From assembly GCA_044892525.1 (NCBI GenBank), contig CM097885.1:49538001-49602000 (forward strand): a DNA stretch of 64,000 nucleotides. The letters run 5' to 3'. The first letter of the stretch is position 1. Each line of letters starts with the position of its first letter. The notes beneath the pieces are model-generated. The model saw only the letters and a list, made by a program, of their open reading frames with translations. It searched no databases and was not told where the DNA came from. The translations under genes were made by a program, and so were the position numbers. The DNA comes from Schmidtea polychroa (taxonomy: Eukaryota). This document shows positions 9,028 through 21,400 of this stretch, one piece after another.

Positions 9028-9633
9028 TTCTACAGTAATTTAAAATATGATGTTTTATTTATACTACTACAGAAGTGTGTGCAATATGATTCTGATTGGT
9101 TAATAGACTATAAATGTAAAATATATATGAGTTTTGATTTGATACAACATGAAAACTATATTTCTATTGCTAATTATTATTATTATTATAACGAGTGTGT
9201 GCTCACACAATACAACAATAACAGTGGAGTCTTTTAACAAATCAATATGTGTTTGTCCAAATACCGCCATTAAAATGATTGTAAATTAGGAGCAGTTGTA
9301 GTAATTGTTTGATTATGCACATGGATTGAAGGGTCTTTGTTAATATTGCATTAAAACTGCATTGTCTTTGTTAATATTACTTTCAATTTGTTAACAATAT
9401 TATTACGTTGCGGTAGTTTAGACTATTGAACAACATATTGAATTACCTTTAGAATGATACCTATATTATATAGTTTTTAAAATGTTGAAGGTTTTTGACC
9501 TTTTGAAAGTTAAGGATACATCTTAAACCTTCAAGGGTATGACCATTAGATAGAGCTCTTCAAGACCTTTCGAATGATACCCATGAAGTTTGACATCATT
9601 TGACCCTTTTTAAATTTGAATTTAAAATTGAAA

Positions 9634-9882
9634 TGAGTCACCCTTAATGTGTCATGCGCGATGACTCATTAGGATGAGTCATGTGTGGTGAGTCACCCGG
9701 ATGAGTCACCAGTATGAGTCATCAGATGAGTCATGTGTGATGAGTCACCAGGATGAGTCACCAGGATGATGAGTCATCGATGACGTCATTTATGACTCAC
9801 CGGGGGTGGGGGGTGGGGTATGAGTCATGTTCTTTGTTATGAGTCATCGATGAGTCATATGTCTTTGTTCAACGATGAGTCA
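9634..9882. promoter_or_regulatory. Array of 15 perfect AP-1 heptamers (TGA(G/C)TCA), one CRE (TGACGTCA 9781-9788) and a G-tract (9802-9818) in the element's terminal region
   Basis: Sites start at 9634, 9662, 9675, 9689, 9702, 9715, 9727, 9741, 9754, 9770, 9793, 9821, 9840, 9851, 9876. Confidence 0.8.
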
Positions 9883-10909
9883 TGCAGCGCACTTGTACCT
9901 ACTAACGAGATATATTTCGATACTGCATAATATCATTAGTCATTATTTTTTCGGATTCCTTCTATTTCTCTTTATATGCCATATAATTTATTTCAAATAT
10001 TTTTAAATAACCACAAAAATAACAAAATGTATATATTATTATAACAACCTTTTCGTAAAAAAAATTTTTAAATTAATGAAAGTTTAATGTTGTGTTTAAA
10101 ATAACATAAAATGTAAGATTTTTTAACCTTTACAAAATTTTTAATTTTCATAGAGTAATTGCTGACTATAAACATATTACTTTATTCTAGTTTCGTAAAT
10201 TTAAGATCCTGATATACAAATGTAGAAAAGAAAACATACAAATTATTTTAATAACTAAACTACACATTGGTCGAAAGTGGCCATTAAAGTCCATTAGAGT
10301 CCACGAAAATTTTAAAAAATTTTTTATTTATAAATATTTTTTCCATTAATTTTGCTAAAAAGCTACATTTTATATGACGGAGTTCAGTAAAAATATATAT
10401 GCAATTTTGTCCATAAATTTTGTTTCGAATAACTTGTTTATGTTTAAATTTGAATATTTTTCTTTTAATTTGATATATATTTTCCGAAAAAACCTTAAAA
10501 CAAATCATTTGCTAATTCATCATTAAATATATTTTCATTTTAATTTCTATTGTAAATTGTTATTTCAATTTCCCTTTACAGTCGTCTCAAGTTGCAGATC
10601 TCGCGTTGAAATCTCCACTTGTAGAATGATTTATTTCATTCTCATTCTACTGCAATAATGAGCAATAGTTAATTAAACAAAAATTTTCTTTTATTTTTAT
10701 TGTGCTCAGAAAATGAGATTATATATAATATATAATATTTACTAAAAAATTGACTATGAATCAATAAAGATATCGATGTTTTTTGAAATTCACGAATTTT
10801 CAGCACAGCCTTTTTCAATTGATGTTTTCAAGTAATGATGAATAAAATTCATAGTTAATTTTTTAATAACTAAAATGTCAAATGAAAAGAAATCAAAGGT
10901 GAAAATTAA

Positions 10910-11990
10910 AAGAACTTGATGGTATTGCTAAAGGTTCCAAATTGGATCCAACAATGACATTTATTTTCAATGTCAAGTTTAGAAAAGAAAATTTCATCAA
11001 ACAATTTAACTAAACCAACTGTTCTAAAGGTATTGTTGATGATATTTTTTAGTGTTTGAGAATCGTCAGCATGTTTAGAAAAGAAAATTTCATCAAACAA
11101 TTTAACTAAACCAACTGTTCTAAAAGTATTGTTGATGATATTTTTTTAGTGTTTGAGAATCGTCAGCATGTAAGGCGTTTCTTAGATTCTATGATTTGCA
11201 TTTGTACATGTGAAGAACAAAAAAATGTCTATGATACCGTTTTTGAATTTGTTTATCCACCTGAAGGAAAAATACTATCAGATTGAAATATATAGAAAAG
11301 TGACTGATACTGGTCTTTATACTATTCCTGAGAGCTTTTATCAATTCAGTGAAAAGTATTGATTCTCTGGTTGTGTTGCTTCTTAAAAATGGATATTCTA
11401 AATCTTTTCTTGACGCATGACAAAAGAAACAGTTGATAAATGGATGTTGAACACTCATGATCCTTTCATGATCCTGTTGATGTTAAAGTTAATATGTTGT
11501 TAAGTTCGGAAGGTGAAAAAATTTGATCTATGCACACTGATCAAAAATCATGTTGGTATTATCTTATTCTGAAGATTTCACAAAATTCAAATGTACGATC
11601 CTTAAACATGTAGATAAGACTATATTTCGGGATGTTTCAACGTTTTGCAAGGTTAATAGCAAGTTCACCAATAAGTCTCTAACTCCAGTTTGTCTCTGTT
11701 CAGAACTCGTGAAGCAATTTTCATGGAATGGGTGTAATGTCACATACATTGGAGAGACTGCCCGTCATCTCTGCACTCGAGTTCTTGAGCATCGCCGACA
11801 GAATTGATTGATTCACATTAGTAATCATTTTAGGAAGTGTACCAGTAAAATAATAAGTATTTCTAATTGTAAGATCTTGTCAAAGAGTTTGAGTAATTGA
11901 TGGGAACGAGTATCGTGCGAGGTGTTGCTGATTAGATCTTTAAATACTATAATTAATATTCAAAGTGTTTATGAAATTTTTAAATTTAAA
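10910..11990 (+). mobile_element. Degenerate Penelope-like retroelement (RT fragment plus GIY-YIG endonuclease), with internal ~120-bp tandem duplication
   Basis: Degenerate YVDD region duplicated at ~10975-11170; QFSWNGCNVTYIGETARHLCTRVLEH GIY-YIG motif at ~11710-11800. Confidence 0.75.
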
Positions 11991-12401
11991 TTAAACTAAT
12001 TTTTCACATTAATTAAAAAAAAAATTTTGTATGAGAATGTTAACAATTTTGTGTGTTTTTTAAAATTAAAATTAAAAATTATATGATTAAAAAAATGTTT
12101 TTTTTTAATCATATGTTTTTTTTAAATAAAATTAATCGTTCATAATGTTCAATGACTCTCAAAGGGGTGGTATCGTTATTTATATTTCAAATAATAAATA
12201 TGGTGTATTTAAGAAATTCCTATTACATCCACCAGGCTTTTACAAAGTAGTTAAAACCAAATTGGATTTTTAACGTTGTTGAAATAATTTTCTATGAATA
12301 CATTTTTGTTTTCTTTAAATTTATTTCAAAAGTTATATTAATTTATTAATTTTCAAATTTTCAATATAAATTTGATTGGAACTTATTTGAATGTTATATA
12401 G

Positions 12402-12494
12402 GTTATCAGCATGGAAAGTTGGGTGGATATAATGTATTATGTACAAGACGCTCATTCATTTTGGGATTGGATATATTTTGTCGCATTAATAATT
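12402..12494 (+). CDS. Cav3: Cav3 exon: domain I P-loop/S6
   Basis: [31 protein letters not shown]; ag/gtaag boundaries. Confidence 0.93.
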
Positions 12495-15400
12495 GTAAGT
12501 TTTGTATAACTTTCATTTATTATTTTAATATATTAGATATATTTGTTTATTTATTTATTTATAAAATATTTAAATAAACATTTTCATCAGAGACTTATTG
12601 ATCTTTAATGAATTAATAAAGAAATACAATGAAGTTTGAACATATTTTCTTCAATTATTTATATTCTGAAGTGTTTCTGAGAATAATGGTTGGTTTGTTT
12701 CACTATTCATTGTTCTAATGCTTCTAAATGAACAGATCTTACTACTTAGGTCATGGATCATAAGACATACTTTGCAACAACTAATCTCTTTTCAGAAGGT
12801 TTTACTTTTGTTTTCAAAATGCTTTAGACATTTTTCTCACTTGAACGTTTTCAAATAATCACAAAACACCTAATCGTTTGACTTTTGCTACTAAAATATT
12901 TCCTCCTAATCTTCATACAAAGATTCTGAACATTTAACTGAAAATTTCGAATTTTGGTTCATCTTTCCAAAAACTTTTATATCACTGTTGAATCATTTAA
13001 TTTTGATGTTCTATCACATTTTTTGGTTTTATTAAAGATTTAAGAACATCTACTTGGCTATACAATTCAAATTTCATCAAACGGTATTTTACTGTAGACC
13101 TTTTATTTAAAACCGCATTATAAGGATCGAATCTTGTAGGCAGTGTACCTTATATTTGTCACACGATTGTTCCTAATTTTACAGACTTGTAATTTCGATC
13201 CATTTTGTCTTCCAGTTTATTTCTACTACTATTACATCTATTTTCCTTAAAACATTCTAATGTTCTTTGGATGCAACATCCAGAAATCAAGAAAACTCAC
13301 CGAATCAAGAAAAAGTTATCAATTATTAATAAATAATTGATATATAATTAAGTTATAATTAAATTTTCTATTAATATGTTATAATAACTAAAATATAATA
13401 AAAATTAATTTATTCAAATTAAACTAAAAAAAATAGAAATCGGCAGTATTAAATGCCGAGGTCCCGCTAGTATATTAAAATGATTTTATTCATATTAAAG
13501 AGAGAAATTATTAATAAAAATAATGAATTTTTCTAAATTGATTTACTTCTTTTATTAAGTGACAGAAAAAACAAAAGTGGAAGTAATCGGATATTTTTTC
13601 AAATAAATTAAATTCTTCAAATATTATGTATAATAACCAATTAGAAATCGAATATTACACAAATATAGAATGTCACACAATCCTAATTATAAAATAATAT
13701 TTATATTTTTGTATTTATTAACTTTTGTTAATTTGTAATTTTTCAATTTTCTTTATATTCATTTTTTTACTGTTTATCAATAGTTTTATTTATATTTAAC
13801 ATCTTTTTTAAAATAAAATATTTAAACTGCATACAGAAATTTGCATTTGTAGTACATATATATATTATTTAATTATAAAGATTTTATAAATAACTCCACT
13901 GAAAATATCACAAAAAATAATATTTATCAATTGATTTGACATCTTAACCTATAGTTTCATTAATAATTTAATTTCATATCAATATCTGTAAATAATTTTT
14001 TTATTGTTTCAAATCAAATTGGCAAATGTTTTAATGGAAACAAAATTATTTGTCAAAATTAATAAAAAATAAGTTATATCAATAAATGCATTGATATATT
14101 TCTTGTTTTATTTATATGCAATTAAAATTGCAAAATGGATTTAATTAATAAGTTAGGATATTTATAAATTAGTATTTGACAAGAGAATCTAACCGAATGT
14201 GGGCAACATAATTTTCTCCATTCAAAATGTAGAAAAATCAAAATAAATTAATGGAAAGAGAAAATATCGACAATAGATAACAATAATTATGAACAATTTA
14301 TAAAATAGCACTACTAGAGGTCGAAAAAGAAAGAAATTTTATTAAAATTTTATTAATTCTTCTATATATTAAATAATTGAGATGTTGAATAATTACGGTT
14401 TCTTAATATATAAAAATTTTTAATTTAACTAAAAAACTCTAATGAAAAGTTTAGTATTTTGAAAATTTTAATAAAATTTAGATAGGTAGTAGAATATTTT
14501 TAGAAATTTCTGCTAATAGAGCAGAGATATTTTTGAAATATATTTTGAAGATTAAAAATATTTTTTATATAATATTTAATAAATTAAATAAATAAATTTA
14601 ATGCCATAAGAAATTTGCACTTGAATGAATATAAAGATAATAAGAATAAAGAAATTTAAAAGATATTTTTTGAAATTATATTATAAAGTACAAATATTAT
14701 GGACTGTAATTACGATATAAACTCAAACATAAGACTTGCCTCTTTTTTTATCGAAAAATATAAGCTGATATGCAATTTCTCAGAAAGAAATATAATATAA
14801 AACTACTTTCGTTTGTATATGATGTTTCTGGACAAAAAAATCTCTCTTATATTCATTCAATCAAATTCGGTAAAATCAAGAGGTTATTTAGAAAATAATT
14901 TTAAAAGTTTATGATGACTGAAATAATGCCAAATGACAGAATTGCGATGATACAGAACAAAATATTTTTATTAAATAAATATTTTAATGAAATGTGATTA
15001 TAAGACTTAAAGGTTTGGTTGTAATTTTCATAAAAAGTATATAAAAATGATAACATTAACTTGTTACTGAATATATGGACCACTGATAATCAAATTTTCA
15101 ATTGTAATTAACTGTTTTTTCTCTAAATATATAACAAATTTGATTTAATTTTTTCAAATTTATTTGCTGTTATTGACATTATTTTCTGTATTTTTCTCAA
15201 TAAATTTTTATTATCATTCGATTTAAACTCTTAATTTTTAAATATATCATTTTTATGACTTTCAAAATTAAAATAAGGTCATAAAAATTTTTTAAAATTA
15301 ATCTTGGATTAAAAATAAATTTTTTATCTACATTTTGAGGCTCATGAACCTATATAAAGAATTTAGGCATTAAATCTGTTTTTTGACAGGTGAAGTTTAC

Positions 15401-18400
15401 TTTAGAATTGCCAGTAATTATATTATAAAAAAACATTCGTTTGCAATTTCATATTTGTTGAGAAAAATATTTGAATAATTTTGATATATGTACACGATCA
15501 AAACTTTCTAATTTTAAATATTTTTTTTCTTTTTAGAAATGAGATTAATTTATATTTTCTATTTATTTTAAGATTGGTTCCTTTTTTATGATCAATTTGT
15601 GTTTGGTCGTTATTGCTAGCCAGTTTTCTGAAACAAAACGCCGAGAAACCGAACGTATGTGGATTGAAAGAAGAAGGTTTAATTCAAGCAATTGCTCCTC
15701 GGTTTCTAAAGACGAACCTCAAACATGTTATTTGGAAATAATCAAATTGATCACTCAAATGATTTGCAAAGTTTATAGACGAATTGTCAAATTATATCAT
15801 CTATTACAAATGCGACAGTCTAAAACTGCTCAAGACAATTATCAAAACACACTCAAAAAGCGTAGGAAACATTGTAGAAAACATTCTCAAAGTCAATTTC
15901 CCATTGATGAACATTGTCATCTTTATTCTATTGTCAATACAATTAGCGGTGATAAACAACACTATTATGCCATAAATAAATATCCTAGTAATTTTTCAAA
16001 TATTCCACCAAAGGCCAGTCCAGAATTATCTGTGATTGATGAACTCAATTCTCCTAGACATCCTAATCATCTTGTTTCTGACATCTCATCAAAATCTGTC
16101 TCTACAGAAACAAAACGAAAATCTCAATATAATTCCCAAATTTTATTAGATATTCCTTCCACCCCAGCTAATCATTCGTCTACTCGAGATAACTATCGGT
16201 GGGAATTAACAAAAAATAATCCTTTATTAACTTCCAAAGATAAAATCTACACTCAATCAGTTGCGAGTAGATCATCGTCTATCAACAGTTGTGCATATCA
16301 AATTCCTCAATTAATAGAAAATTCTAGTCGACATCGTAAACCCTTTGACAAAAAACAAGATAAACCGCAGAGAAAAAGTAATTTGATTAAATTTTCATCA
16401 ACTTGAATTGTGTCTAAAATTTAAATGAATTTTAAAAAATTAATATGTTTTTTAAAATTATTAAATATTTATTTTTAAATTTTAATTTTTCAAATTATCA
16501 GTTGACTCTAAAATTTGGTTTTTTCATAGAATTATTGACAATGTTTATTAAAAATCAAATAATAATACTAAATTGTTTAGTATGAAATTTCCGTTTTAGT
16601 GGTTAAATAAAAAACCTATATATGGCAATTAGAATTTAAGAGTACCTTGACTCAGGGTGTAAGTTATTGGTCAACAAATCTTTCTGATTATGTCAACTAG
16701 GACATTGGGAAAAATTATATTAGTTTTAATCTTTAGCTACTAGAAAAGATCAGAAAATGTCAGACTTAAAAAATTATTTTTTATCAGAGACGAACATCAA
16801 GCAAAGATTTCTAAGGAGAAAAGAAGTGAAATCGCTTAAATTTATTGACAGCGATGAAAATAATTTAGATTTATAGTAATTTTATAAATATTTAGAACAT
16901 AAAGTTATAGAACATTGACTTTCTTCAACCTTCTTCCGCCTAACTCTCACTTTCGATAGATAAAAAAATTATTTACCGCACTAAATCCACATTCGACGAA
17001 ATAAGATATTGGAAAATGATTTTCGAAGCTTTTGAAGCTCCTTTGTTACCAAATGAAATTGAACAGGAAATTATTTATAGTCACAATATTGATGAAAAGT
17101 TAAAATCGATATATTGTCATTACATAATTTTTCTTTGCACTATTTTNNNNNNNNNNNNNNNNNNNNNNNNNNNNNNNNNNNNNNNNNNNNNNNNNNNNNN
17201 NNNNNNNNNNNNNNNNNNNNNNNNNNNNNNNNNNNNNNNNNNNNNNNNNNNNNNNNNNNNNNNNNNNNNNNNNNNNNNNNNNNNNNNNNNNNNNNNNNNN
17301 NNNNNNNNNNNNNNNNNNNNNNNNNNNNNNNNNNNNNNNNNNNTAAGCCTTTTGCTGCAAATAATGTATTTAATGAAAGAATTTTCGACTATACGATAGT
17401 CCTTGTCAATTGACAAGATTGACAAGGACTATCGTATAGTCGAAAATTCTTTCATTAAATACATTATTTGCAGCAAAAGGCTTAAATTATCATTTTATTG
17501 TTTTAAATAATAAATGCTGCNNNNNNNNNNNNNNNNNNNNNNNNNNNNNNNNNNNNNNNNNNNNNNNNNNNNNNNNNNNNNNNNNNNNNNNNNNNNNNNN
17601 NNNNNNNNNNNNNNNNNNNNNNNNNNNNNNNNNNNNNNNNNNNNNNNNNNNNNNNNNNNNNNNNNNNNNNNNNNNNNNNNNNNNNNNNNNNNNNNNNNNN
17701 NNNNNNNNNNNNNNNNNNNNNNNNNNNNNNNNNNNAAAAGCGTTTTTAGTTTACAATAATGGAATTTGTAAATTATCATAAAATATTAGAATATCACTAA
17801 TGAAATATGCATTATTCTAAACAAAATAATAGTTAACAGATGAGTTTTTGTTTTAATATATTAATAGAAAATTATTTCTGTTAAATTATTTATTATTTAT
17901 TAGAGATGAAGAAGTTTTAATCATCATTTAAATTTCTCTCAATGGCATTCATGATTTTAAAATAAAATTTCGAAAAACCTTTAATTATTTTTATTTATTA
18001 TTATTTAAATTTATTATTATTATTAAAAATTATTATTATTTCAAAAATTCTAAAATAATTTAGAAAAGATGTTATATTAGTTTTAAATATTACATTTGTT
18101 TTAATTACTTAATCTAATGATTTTTTAATTTTAAATAAACGAATCGTATAAGTCATTATATATTCTGAATGGTCACGAAGAGGTCATTATATATGCATTG
18201 ATAATAATAAAAAACAAATACTAAATAACTCGGAAAAAGTTAATATCTATTTATATTTGTATAAAAAACTTTAAACGTTAGATAAATTGACATCATTTTA
18301 TAACAGATCATCTGATATTAGAATGATTGCTAATTTATTCCCCAAATATATCTTAATATGGAGACGGAAAGAATGAGCCAGAAATATTAGAAGAGAATGT

Positions 18401-21400
18401 TGAAAACAGAAAAATACATGTTTCCCTTTTAGATTATCACTTTGTGAAAAATGTGCGTTGAAACATGTAAATCCACAATAGAAGGGCATTAAAAATATAT
18501 AAGTATTTAGTAAATTTTGTTTTACTGTAAAACATGAAGATATCTTACGAATTATAACAAATGGTTAGTTAAATCAACAGAAAGTTACAAACACCAAAAT
18601 AGACAATACAAATAAGTAACGGAACCGACATAAAATGTGATAATATCAGTTAATCAAAAGAAACAAATTGCAATCAGTTTTTGGACTTAAGCCATTTGAA
18701 ATGATTCTTTTTGATGTAGTGGGACCATGAGTAATGTTTTTATTTCAAGGAGCTCAGTACATGTAAATAAAATAGCATGAGAATTATGATACGTTTAATA
18801 AGTTAATTTGGAGTATTAGGAACATTTCATTCCGGCAATGGAATCAATTTCAAGTCGGAGTTATTCAAAGAATTGTGAAAAGTAAAGGAACACCAAACGA
18901 TAACATGTGCAAGATATATAAAATATTTCAACAAAGATTAGTAACGAAATGTGATGACATTGTATATAACATTTTAAGTTTTAAATAAATTTTAAATAAA
19001 ATATCAAAAAACCATTAAAATTAAAGTATAAAGTGATGATTTCTTGGTAGCAGCCTTTATTATTTAAAACAATTAAGTGATAATTTATGCCTTTTGCTGC
19101 GAATAATGTATTTAATGAAAATATTTTCGACTATAAGATAGTCCTTGTCGAAAATCCTAGTCGAAATATTTTTCATTAAATACATTATTCGCAGAAAAAG
19201 GCTTAACTTATCACTTAATTGCATTAAAAATAAATTATAATAAGTTATAAAAAACTTTCAAATTTTAATCTGGCCATTAAACAATTTAATTCATTTAAAC
19301 TATTTACTATAAATTTGAAACAATGAATATTTGTAATTTAGAAATATTTTAAAAATAAAATTTTCTATTTCTATTACATTTTAGTGGAGTCAAAATTTGG
19401 TTCTGTCTGCATGAAAGAAATTATTATAGAATTTTTTGATACATTTGTTTTTTTAGAATAATTTATTAAAAAGCATTTAAATCGAAAGTGTTAATTAAAT
19501 TTAAAAATTTCCAACTTTTCTTGAGATAACTTTTTAAAAATATTTTTATTTTAGATTTATAAAAAAATTCAAAAAATATCAAAATTATTGAAATATATTT
19601 GAAGAAAATGATCCTAATCATTTTAATTTGTGTCAATTACTATAAAAAGAAACTAATAATGATGTAATAATTATCATTTAAAGAATTAATTAAATAATTT
19701 TAATAAATTCAATTCGGCTTAGAACGCACTATTAATTTTTCTATCCATAAATTGCACTTTAACTGTTAAAGGGCAATTGTTGTATATATAGAACCAAAAC
19801 ATACACTGTGTACTGCGCATAATACAGAAACTAGAAATATTTGGTCAACTGCAAACTTGCTACATCCATACAGCAGCATCTATTTTTATCCCCAAGCTCC
19901 TCTTGTCATTATAAAATTACTTTTTTTCGTAGAAAAAATATTCTTGTAGTTATAAATACGTGTGTAAAATTTTATAAATAGAAATGTTCATCTGTAAGCT
20001 TATCAAACAAATGCTTACTCATCGCATTTAGTGAAAATTCAGCTTCAGTTCAAGTACGGAAGCCCAAAATGCATAAAACGTTTGTACTTTGTAGATTGTT
20101 GGGACAGGTTTTCCACTAAACAGTAATGTTTGGTATGAAACTTGTCCTAATAACTTATGAACTTGCTTAATGCATTTTTGACTAATTAAATAGCAAAATA
20201 AAAATGAAATGACGTTATTCGGTAAAGGATTATCGTCCGTACAGGGTAAAGTTAAATAAGTTCTGTTAAATGGATACTATATCATTTGTATTTTTATATG
20301 ACAAAAGATCACAAATTTGTGTTAAAAAAAGATTTTGATTTTTTGTCATAGTAGAATTAAATGAAATATCAATAAAAGAAAAAAGTGCAAAGGTGACCAA
20401 AAAGATAAAACATCATATTATTGTCACTACTTTGTCATTATTTAATAACTCATTTTCAATCGGAAATGCGTTTAAAGGTTTTCCTATCAAAAGGCGAACG
20501 ACATTAGAAAGCGGTCTAATTAAAGTCGATTGTTAAAAAGNNNNNNNNNNNNNNNNNNNNNNNNNNNNNNNNNNNNNNNNNNNNNNNNNNNNNNNNNNNN
20601 NNNNNNNNNNNNNNNNNNNNNNNNNNNNNNNNNNNNNNNNNNNNNNNNNNNNNNNNNNNNNNNNNNNNNNNNNNNNNNNNNNNTAATTTCTTAACGGTTA
20701 TACATTTTGATCATAAAAATTATTAATGGATATAGATGGAGGATATGGAAATGCACTCAGTATTACGCTGTCAAATATAAGTTATGGTGTCATAGTAAAG
20801 ATGGAATTCTTACGAACGACTAAGTCATATTACAGATCGAGCAAATGCCTGAATTCTAGTAAATAATAAATACAGTTAAAGAGAAAACATTGTCAAGTAA
20901 TCTGAAATAATACTGTGGTGAGGTGAAAACTATCCATCCTTAACAAACATCAAACAGCCAATTCGAAGAGTATAACATGTTCATCAGAAACCTTTGCCAA
21001 CTTCACCAACATTTTAGCAATCTAACTTGGCCTATTGAGTGGACAAAAACAGTTTCACAGCATTTGGTAGGGCATAGCCGATTGTCATTTCACCGCCGAT
21101 TCCGAATTCCGGATTTTGGAATTTGGAATTTGCCGATTCCCCGACGATCCAACGTCGTAAATGGGTGGTCTCTTATACTCTCATAGATCTATCCGTGTAG
21201 CACATACCAGTAGTAGATTCATAGACCTAGCAACTTATTACATCTGTGTATTAATATTCATCGCCTCGCGAGAAATGGAGATAACGAGATTGTAGCAATG
21301 AAAAACTAAAATTGATATCTTGTCAATGTCAGGTATTTCTTATTTTTTAATACTTTTACTTTTTTATAGATATTTTTATGTTCCATTTTAATTGTTAAAA

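Larger units (their letters stand above)
1..9903. mobile_element. Maverick/Polinton-like endogenous DNA virus (adintovirus-like), right portion; left end outside window
   Basis: Clustered protease, MCP, penton, rve integrase with chromodomain and A32/FtsK ATPase ORFs. Repeat-rich terminal region ends ...GTACCTACT at 9903 (5'-AGTAG on minus strand, Maverick-like terminus). Confidence 0.92.

Noticed and set aside
9019-9237. Plus-strand 72-aa ORF next to Bcl-2
   Set aside because: TTG start, overlaps the Bcl-2 start and promoter, no motifs.
9634-9882. AP-1 array as a CRISPR-like or satellite array
   Set aside because: Repeats are 7-9 bp with 4-20 bp spacers, eukaryotic context, no cas genes.
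17016-17779. ORFs spanning N runs (also ~7061-7462, 24334-24705, 27527-27727, 46388-46635)
   Set aside because: Artifacts of gaps translated as X.
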